Part shown: positions 57,560-64,000 of the stretch, in pieces
Numbering within the stretch: position 1 is the stretch's first letter
How the letters are laid out: each line of letters starts with the position of its first letter
Source of the DNA: Acidobacteriota bacterium
Lineage (GTDB): Bacteria; Acidobacteriota; UBA6911
Reading direction: 5' to 3'
Length of the DNA stretch: 64,000 nucleotides
Assembly (NCBI GenBank): GCA_963664705.1
Contig: OY761556.1
Location: 6,144,001-6,208,000, forward strand
Notes under the pieces: model-generated
Told to the model about the DNA's origin: nothing
Database searches by the model: none
What the model saw: the letters and a program-made list of their open reading frames with translations, nothing else
Program-made: the position numbers and the translations under genes

Positions 57560-59203
57560 TTAGTTGTGGACGCCGGGGGCTTCGCGACCGGTGATGCGGG
57601 CGTACTCCTCGTAGGTGCCGGGGTATGTCATCGGGTCCGTGTGGCCTAAATCGGCTCCACCCAGTTCCAGCACTCGATTGGCCAGGCCTCGCAGGAACGT
57701 TCGGTCGTGTGAAACGAACAGCATGGTCCCATCAAAATCCTTCAGGGCCGCAACCAGCATTTCCTTCGTCGCCAAGTCCAGGTGATTCGTAGGCTCGTCG
57801 AGTACCAGGAAATTTGGCGGATCGAAAAGCATCCGAGCCAGGACCAGCCTCGACTTTTCGCCGCCTGAAAGCACTCGAATAGGCTTGTCCACATCGTCTC
57901 CCGAGAACTGGAAAGCACCCAATAAATTCCTCAGTGCGCCCAGGGTTTCCAGCGGGAAATCCTTCTGGATCTGCTCAATGACCGTAAGCTGTGAGTCGAG
58001 CAATTCCAACGATTGTTGAGCGAAGTAGCCCAGCTTCAGGCTGGCTCCGAGCCGAACTGTCCCCGAGTCCGGTTCGAGTGTGCCCACAACCATTTTTAGC
58101 AGAGTGGTTTTCCCCGCGCCGTTCTTACCCATGACACACCAGCGTTCTCCCCGCCGGATCAGCAGATCAAAGCCGTCATAAAGAACCCGCTTGCCGAAAC
58201 GCTTTGCAACGCCGTTCAATGAGGCGACGTCTTGTCCCGATCTCTGGGGCATGCGAAATTTGAATTCCACTACCTTTCGCGTGCGTGGGAGCTCAATCTT
58301 CTCGATCTTGTCGAGCGCTTTTACGCGGCTCTGAACCTGTGCCGCTTTGGCGGCGTGCGCTTTAAATCTTTCAATGAACCGGCTTTCCTTGGCCAGCATG
58401 GCCTGCTGCCTGGCATACGCCGCTTCGCGATTAGCTTCCCGGAGTGCGCGCTCCCGCTCGTAGTTATCGTAATCTCCCTTGTAGAGATAGATCTCTCCGC
58501 CGTCAATCTCCACAATCCGGTCGACCACGCGATTCATAAAATCCCGGTCATGAGAGGTGATAATTAGCGTGCATCGGGCATCTTTCAGGAATCTCTCGAG
58601 CCACAGGATGGATTCAATATCCAGATGGTTCGTGGGCTCGTCCATGAGGAGAACATCCGGATTGCCCAACAAAACCTGGGCCATGGAAACCCTCATCTTC
58701 CATCCGCCGGACAGGTTTCCTACGTCGCCATCGATCTGATCGTCCTCGAATCCCAGTCCATGGAGTACCTCGCGGGCCTGCGCCTCGAGCCCGTATCCTC
58801 CGAGACTCTCGTATCGATGCTGTACCTCGCCATAGCGATCGAGAATCTTGTCCATTTTTTCCGCATTGTCAGGATTGGACAGCTCATGCTGGAGCGATTC
58901 GAGTTCGTGGTGCAGTTCGCCGAGCTCGCCGCTGCCGGCAATCGCTTCATCAATGACGCTCCACCCGGACATGTCATCGAGTTCCTGCCGAAAGTATGCG
59001 ATTCTCAATTTGCCGGGAACCGAAACAGACCCTTCATCCGGATGTTCCGTCCCTTTAATCAGACGAAACAGCGTGGTCTTCCCGCAGCCGTTGGGGCCTA
59101 CGAGCCCGGCTTTTTCCCCGGGATTGATTTGAAAACTGAGGTCTGTAAACAGGACCTGTTTCCCATACTGCTTGACAACGTTCGAAAATACGATCACACG
59201 CAT
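57560..59203 (-). CDS. ABC-F family ribosome-associated ATPase
   Basis: Two ABC domains (GPNGCGKT/LSGGW/DEPTNHLD and GKNGAGKT/LSGGE/DEPTNHLD), no TM helices. Likely start 59203. Confidence 0.95.
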   Translation of the reverse strand: MRVIVFSNVVKQYGKQVLFTDLSFQINPGEKAGLVGPNGCGKTTLFRLIKGTEHPDEGSVSVPGKLRIAYFRQELDDMSGWSVIDEAIAGSGELGELHHELESLQHELSNPDNAEKMDKILDRYGEVQHRYESLGGYGLEAQAREVLHGLGFEDDQIDGDVGNLSGGWKMRVSMAQVLLGNPDVLLMDEPTNHLDIESILWLERFLKDARCTLIITSHDRDFMNRVVDRIVEIDGGEIYLYKGDYDNYERERALREANREAAYARQQAMLAKESRFIERFKAHAAKAAQVQSRVKALDKIEKIELPRTRKVVEFKFRMPQRSGQDVASLNGVAKRFGKRVLYDGFDLLIRRGERWCVMGKNGAGKTTLLKMVVGTLEPDSGTVRLGASLKLGYFAQQSLELLDSQLTVIEQIQKDFPLETLGALRNLLGAFQFSGDDVDKPIRVLSGGEKSRLVLARMLFDPPNFLVLDEPTNHLDLATKEMLVAALKDFDGTMLFVSHDRTFLRGLANRVLELGGADLGHTDPMTYPGTYEEYARITGREAPGVHN

Positions 59204-59424
59204 ACCTCGCAAAGACGAAACATTATGCCGGTTGAGCTTTGCCGGGTCTACCGGCATTTTCGCCGGGGTTTCGAAATGCAATGTGCTTCCGATTTCGGGA
59301 GCGGATAGGCAGGGGTCGGGCAAATTCGCTTGACAAAACTTCCTGTCGGTTGCCCTATAAACCTAAAAGATGCAAAGATTCAAGGCGTGCATTGCTTTTC
59401 GCCTGGAACCGCGGAGGGATTATT

Positions 59425-60333
59425 TTGAGAATCGCAATTTTGGGTGCCGGCGCCATGGGGATGCTCTTTGGCGGTTATCTGTCCAAAGAGAACGACGTTG
59501 TGCTTATCGATACCGACAAAAGCAAAATCGATGCGATCAACCAGCACGGGATTTCCATTCGGGAGGCCGAGGGAACCATCCGCTCGAGCAACCCCAAGGC
59601 TGTTCTTCCAGCCGGCAATCCGGGATATGCGGATCTGGTAGTTCTTTTTGTCAAAGCCATGAATTCCAGAAATGCTCTTAGCGACAATTCCGCCTTGTTC
59701 GGGCCGACAACCCAGGTTATGTCGATGCAGAACGGCGCCGGCCATGAAGCAGTCCTGAGAGAGTTCATCCCCGAGGAAAGGATAGTGCTTGGGACCACTC
59801 AGCATAACAGCTTCATCGTTGGCCCAGGCGTTATTCATCACGGCGGCGGGGGACAGACTTATATCGGTCCCGTCGCGGGAGACAGCCAAAAGCTGAAACC
59901 GATACAAGAGACCTTTGCAAACTGCGGCTTCTCCACCGAGATATCCGAAAATATTCAACGGAAGATCTGGGAGAAGCTTTTTGTAAATTCATCGGCGAGT
60001 GCTTTGACCGCGATTCTTCAAACCAGCCTTGGATATATCGTCGAGAACGGCCATGCCTGGCAGCTTGCCAGGCAACTGATCCGGGAAGCCGTTGCCGTGG
60101 CAAATGGCGACGGGCTTGGGTTTGTTGAAGAAAAAGTTCTGGAGGACCTGCGGCAACTGCTCGAGCGGGCGAAGAGCGGATACACTTCTATTTATGCGGA
60201 TATTCGTGAAAAGCGCAAAACGGAAGTAGATACGATCAGCGGAGCTGTGGTCACGGCGAGCCGGCGTAATGGTGCGCCGGCTCCCTCGCATGAGTTCGTA
60301 GTCCAACTTATCCACGCGCTGGAAGAAAGATAA
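59425..60333 (+). CDS. panE: Ketopantoate reductase
   Basis: IAILGAGAMG, FVKA, QNG, WEKL.VN and TEVD..SG; TTG start at 59425 after a GGAGG RBS. Confidence 0.9.
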   Translation: MRIAILGAGAMGMLFGGYLSKENDVVLIDTDKSKIDAINQHGISIREAEGTIRSSNPKAVLPAGNPGYADLVVLFVKAMNSRNALSDNSALFGPTTQVMSMQNGAGHEAVLREFIPEERIVLGTTQHNSFIVGPGVIHHGGGGQTYIGPVAGDSQKLKPIQETFANCGFSTEISENIQRKIWEKLFVNSSASALTAILQTSLGYIVENGHAWQLARQLIREAVAVANGDGLGFVEEKVLEDLRQLLERAKSGYTSIYADIREKRKTEVDTISGAVVTASRRNGAPAPSHEFVVQLIHALEER

Positions 60334-60366
60334 ATTCCAGGTCCGGATAAGAGACGAAGGGCCGAT

Positions 60367-61518
60367 TTACCCGGCCTGTTTTTCGCTGACGCCTGTTTCA
60401 AAAGGGAATTTATACGCCAGGCCAAGTTCGTTGCGCATAGCGCACAGCTGCTTCTGGACGACCGGGTCGACGGGAACTCCCCTGGTTGCGCGCTCCTGAC
60501 CCGCCAGGTATTCCTTTTCGCCGCAGGTATAGATGCGTTCCGCACCCGGCATCTTCTTGGAAGCACGCAGCCCGCGAAGGATATCACCGGATGTCTTCCT
60601 GAATGCATCGATGTTCGTGAAGCACTCGATATCGATGGCGATGAAGAAGTGCCCCAATCCATAGGGAACCGGCCGCCCCTGCTCATCAATGCCGCTCAAT
60701 TGCTTTAAAAAGGACCCCTGCTGCAGTGCAGCGGACATAATTTCCACAGCCGTTGCAAAACCATAGCCCTTATGGCCGCCGGTATCCTCACTCAAGCCGC
60801 CTACCGGCGTGAAGGCGCTTCTTCCCTTGATCAGGTCATCGAGAATCTTCTGCGGATCCGTTTCCGTATCGCCTTCCCAGTTAATGACCAGCCCGGCAGG
60901 GCAGGGTCGTTCCTCGCGAACATACTGTTCGATCTTTCCTCTCTGCACAATGGACGTGGCGTAGTCGTTTGTGAACGCGAACGCTTCATCGGTCGGGATA
61001 CCGAAGACCAGCGGATTTGTTCCCATCATGTTTTCAACGCCATGCGTGGGGGCGATGGAGGGGCGCGCATTTGTGCCGGTGATTCCGATCATATCGGCGG
61101 CAACCGCCATCAGTGAGTAGTGAGCCGCATATCCATAATGGGTGGAATTGCGGGCCACAACCATTCCCAATCCGTGTGTGCGGGCTTTTTCGATCGCCAT
61201 CTGCATACAGCGTTTGCCGATGACCATACCCATTCCGTGATGTCCGTCCACAACAGCCGTTGCTTTGTGATCGCGAACCACCTCGAATTGCGTGACCGGC
61301 TGCTGAACGCCACCCATGACGATGCGATCGTAATAGATGGGCTTGAGCCGCCCAACGCCGTGCGAATCGATGCCGCGCCGATCCGCCGCAATCAGGACTT
61401 CCGCGCACGTCCGTGCGTCCTCGTCCGGGACACCAACTCCCTTAAAAACATCGACTATAAATGCTTCCAGCAGATCAAACGGAATCCAGGATATGTTTAC
61501 AGACACGTATATCTCCAA
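60367..61518 (-). CDS. Ldh_2 family (malate/L-lactate/sulfolactate) dehydrogenase
   Basis: RGIDSHG, NSTHYG, GTNP, GHKGYG and GEKE. Confidence 0.92.
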   Translation of the reverse strand: MEIYVSVNISWIPFDLLEAFIVDVFKGVGVPDEDARTCAEVLIAADRRGIDSHGVGRLKPIYYDRIVMGGVQQPVTQFEVVRDHKATAVVDGHHGMGMVIGKRCMQMAIEKARTHGLGMVVARNSTHYGYAAHYSLMAVAADMIGITGTNARPSIAPTHGVENMMGTNPLVFGIPTDEAFAFTNDYATSIVQRGKIEQYVREERPCPAGLVINWEGDTETDPQKILDDLIKGRSAFTPVGGLSEDTGGHKGYGFATAVEIMSAALQQGSFLKQLSGIDEQGRPVPYGLGHFFIAIDIECFTNIDAFRKTSGDILRGLRASKKMPGAERIYTCGEKEYLAGQERATRGVPVDPVVQKQLCAMRNELGLAYKFPFETGVSEKQAG

Positions 61519-61552
61519 TCAGAAAAGCTCTCATCTTATCATCGAACTGGTA

Positions 61553-61643
61553 ATTTCAGATTCCTGATTTCGGATTTCAGACTCCAGAAAAACAAACAGA
61601 TTGCCGGGTTTGGAATCTGAAAGCTGGAGCCTGAAATCCGCAA
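61553..61643. repeat. Heptamer (ATTTCAG-like) tandem repeats forming an imperfect hairpin
   Basis: ATTTCAG-ATTCCTG-ATTTCGG-ATTTCAG-ACTCCAG pairs with CTGGAGCCTGAAATCCG (61624-40). Confidence 0.55.
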
Positions 61644-61654
61644 TAGTAGAGGGG

Positions 61655-62722
61655 TCAGTCGATGTAAGTAGTCTCGTGGTTTGCGCCGAGCGACATCAAA
61701 AGAAAGCCGAACGGCCGGTCGACCCATCGCGTAACAATCGGATTATGGGCAACGCCTGCCGGGACAACAACGGCGGTCGGCTTGTTGATGATGTGCCTCT
61801 CATGTTCCGGTCCCATGTCGATCTGAATTTCGGCTCCGAGGTAGTCGATATCCGACGGATCGGTGCCCGCGAAGAGCAGCACTTCATCGTGCGGATGGAT
61901 ATGCGCTCCCTTGCCCGGGCCCCTTGTCCAGATTCCCGGACTCTTGTGAATGCCCCAGCAGAAATTTACATCCATGCCTTCCAGATCCTTGCCGAACATC
62001 CAGACGTCATTTTCGGACATGCCCGGTCCCGGTTTGCGGCCATCCGCAATCATGTCCCCGTATTGAGCGTTATCGGCCTCAGTCATCTGACGCACCGTCA
62101 TGGTGTTCGGAATCAGAGGCTTTATATAGTGAGCATTCAGCTGGCCGTGCGTCACGGTTTCCTCGGAAATATGAACCCGTTTCGTTCCAAATGATGAGTT
62201 CATCGGCGACTTTATCCCGCTTGACGGATCGGGCTGCATGCGTTTCATCTGCTCTTCGGAAATTCCATCGCCCAGCCAGCGCGTGGTGGGATCCGCTCCC
62301 AGTGAAATGATAAAGAAGCTGTATCCGATCGGACTGGTTACATCCAGCGTGACGGAGGGACAGTGGAAGTATCCTCCCGGGGCCACGACCACGGAAGGTT
62401 TGTCAAACGTGTGAATTTCCAGTTCCTTTCCCAGACAATACTGGAGCTTAGCGCCCAGGTATTCCGGCTTGTCCGGATCGAGTCCTACAAACACCAGGCA
62501 TTCGGGGTATGGGTGGACATGCGGATCCATGCCGGGATGCCAATCGCCCAAACCCGTGTAGAAACCCCAGGAGAAGTTCAACTGCAGCCCCTCCAGGTGA
62601 TCCCTGCCATTCAGCCAGCGATTGACGTCCGCATTTCCCGTGTTTCGGAATATCGCGGCCTGTCCGGGCATTTCAGCCATTTTCAGCGGTTTGAACAAGT
62701 ATTCATATTTGCCGGTCGACAT
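61655..62722 (-). CDS. Bicupin-like hypothetical protein (paralog 1)
   Basis: Two internal repeats with HVHPYPE...H and HIHPHDE...H metal motifs. Confidence 0.75.
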   Translation of the reverse strand: MSTGKYEYLFKPLKMAEMPGQAAIFRNTGNADVNRWLNGRDHLEGLQLNFSWGFYTGLGDWHPGMDPHVHPYPECLVFVGLDPDKPEYLGAKLQYCLGKELEIHTFDKPSVVVAPGGYFHCPSVTLDVTSPIGYSFFIISLGADPTTRWLGDGISEEQMKRMQPDPSSGIKSPMNSSFGTKRVHISEETVTHGQLNAHYIKPLIPNTMTVRQMTEADNAQYGDMIADGRKPGPGMSENDVWMFGKDLEGMDVNFCWGIHKSPGIWTRGPGKGAHIHPHDEVLLFAGTDPSDIDYLGAEIQIDMGPEHERHIINKPTAVVVPAGVAHNPIVTRWVDRPFGFLLMSLGANHETTYID

Positions 62723-62760
62723 TTTGGATTTACCTCCCTCGATTTCCCAATCTATTGGCT

Positions 62761-63819
62761 TTAGTCAATGGCCTTTGCCTCATGTTCGCCGGCCAGGCAG
62801 ACGGCAAAGAATGCAAATGGCTTGTCGACCCATCGGGATACCTGCGGCAAATGGGGCATTCCGGCGGGGCAGATCACTACGGTTGGCTTATTGAACAGAT
62901 GTCTTTCGTGCTCCTGTCCCATGTCGAGCTCAATCTCCGCTCCAAGGTATTCAACCTCGGGATCGATGCCGAGATAGACAAGAACTTCATCGCATGGATG
63001 GACATGGGCGCCCATGCCACGGCGCCAGATGCCGGGCTGGCTGCAGAACCCCCAGAAAATTGTGGCGTTCAAACCTTCGAGCTCTTTCCCTGTCATCAGA
63101 ACAAGGTGATCGGCGTTTCCGGGTCCCGATTTTTCCCCCGTTTTCTGCTCCTTTTCCATCTGCGCAGCCAATTGCTCCGGTGTAAGCCGCGCGGCATTCG
63201 TTTTTCCGCGCTGAACCAGGATGCTGGGAGCGATTGGTTTCACGAGATGGGCATATTTCCCCGTCGATGGAATCGGTTTGTTCCGCAGGGCCTTTTCTGC
63301 CGCGATAAAGTTCAATCCTTCCGGCGCTGACTTCCGCTGTTCCGCAGATAGCTTTGTGACCTCTTCTCCCAGCCATGTAATCTCGGATGTGGCGTTGAGT
63401 TCAACCGCCCAGAAACCGAATCCTCGCGGGCTAAACATGCGCTTGGTGGTGATCGGCCCATGAGGAACCCCCGCCGGAACCACAATGGCTGTAGGCTCGT
63501 CAAAGGTGTAGGTTTCCTGTTCCGCTCCCAGGCAGCACTCGATCTGCGCCCCCAGGTAATTGACATTGGCCGTGTCCAGCCCTACGAACAGGAGGACTTC
63601 CGGGTATGGATGAACGTGTGGGTCCATGCCCGCATGCCAGTCCCCCAGTCCATTGTGGACGCCCCAGGAGAGATTGACGTTCAGCCCTTCCAGGTGATCC
63701 CGGCCGTTTATTCGAATCTCACGGCTGGCATTCCCGGGGCCGATCGCAAGGGTGCCTTTTTCCCAGTCCATCGCGCCGATATTCAGTGGTTTTATGAGAT
63801 GCTCGTACTTGGTTGCCAT
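62761..63819 (-). CDS. Bicupin-like hypothetical protein (paralog 2)
   Basis: HVHPYPE...PHGP and HVHPCDE...PHLP; shares NGRDHLEGL, GLGDWH.GMDPHVHPYPE and RWVD.PF with its neighbour. Confidence 0.75.
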   Translation of the reverse strand: MATKYEHLIKPLNIGAMDWEKGTLAIGPGNASREIRINGRDHLEGLNVNLSWGVHNGLGDWHAGMDPHVHPYPEVLLFVGLDTANVNYLGAQIECCLGAEQETYTFDEPTAIVVPAGVPHGPITTKRMFSPRGFGFWAVELNATSEITWLGEEVTKLSAEQRKSAPEGLNFIAAEKALRNKPIPSTGKYAHLVKPIAPSILVQRGKTNAARLTPEQLAAQMEKEQKTGEKSGPGNADHLVLMTGKELEGLNATIFWGFCSQPGIWRRGMGAHVHPCDEVLVYLGIDPEVEYLGAEIELDMGQEHERHLFNKPTVVICPAGMPHLPQVSRWVDKPFAFFAVCLAGEHEAKAID

Positions 63820-63870
63820 AGCCCTCCCCTATAATTTCAATGGAGTAAATCGTTTCTGCCATCACTCCGG

Positions 63871-64000
63871 TTATTCCCGCGGCGGGTCTCCGTCGTATGT
63901 TCCGTTAGGACTGAGGAAGATCTTGCCCGGCTTGCCCGGCAACGGCGTGAGCCAATCCGGGCAGCTGCGCGGGAACAGCAGGCGTGCCTGCCAGTGAATC
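63871..64000 (-). CDS. 3' end of an unidentified CDS entering from the window edge
   Basis: Open frame ...IHWQARLLFPRSCPDWLTPLPGKPGKIFLSPNGTYDGDPPRE* ending in TAA at 63873-63871. Confidence 0.45.
   Translation of the reverse strand, partial: IHWQARLLFPRSCPDWLTPLPGKPGKIFLSPNGTYDGDPPRE

Noticed and set aside
59330-59361. TTGACA...TATAAA upstream of panE
   Set aside because: The spacer is 20 bp, outside the normal sigma70 range.

Overview
A 64-kb, mostly coding bacterial window with moderate GC. The gene families (NHL-repeat surface protein, kinase-TM-TPR protein, Tat-signal enolase, the 44.6-kb family) suggest an Acidobacteriota-like, probably anaerobic organism; this is inference. It holds about 50 CDSs and one tRNA-Leu(CAA). 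Housekeeping genes include carD, pepD, pgi, pgl, icd, panE, rarD and an ABC-F ATPase. A gtrB-like glycosylation cassette follows the tRNA, c-di-GMP genes are present, and there is a xanthine-dehydrogenase-family molybdoenzyme operon. Many uncharacterised catabolic-type genes occur (VOC, ThDP enzyme, NTF2/SnoaL, MoaF-like, bicupins, URO-D fold). Main observations: (1) two ORFs at 16.6-18.4 kb appear to be one 593-aa selenoprotein read through an in-frame UGA (U-D-G-C motif) with a SECIS-like hairpin directly downstream; (2) the FAD subunit of the molybdoenzyme carries a complete, circularly permuted GltD/NfnB-like flavin-FeS module inserted in its [4Fe-4S] loop; (3) a membrane pseudokinase; (4) families of intergenic palindromes. 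No CRISPR array, integrase, transposase or rRNA was seen. All calls come from motif recognition by eye, with no database searches.
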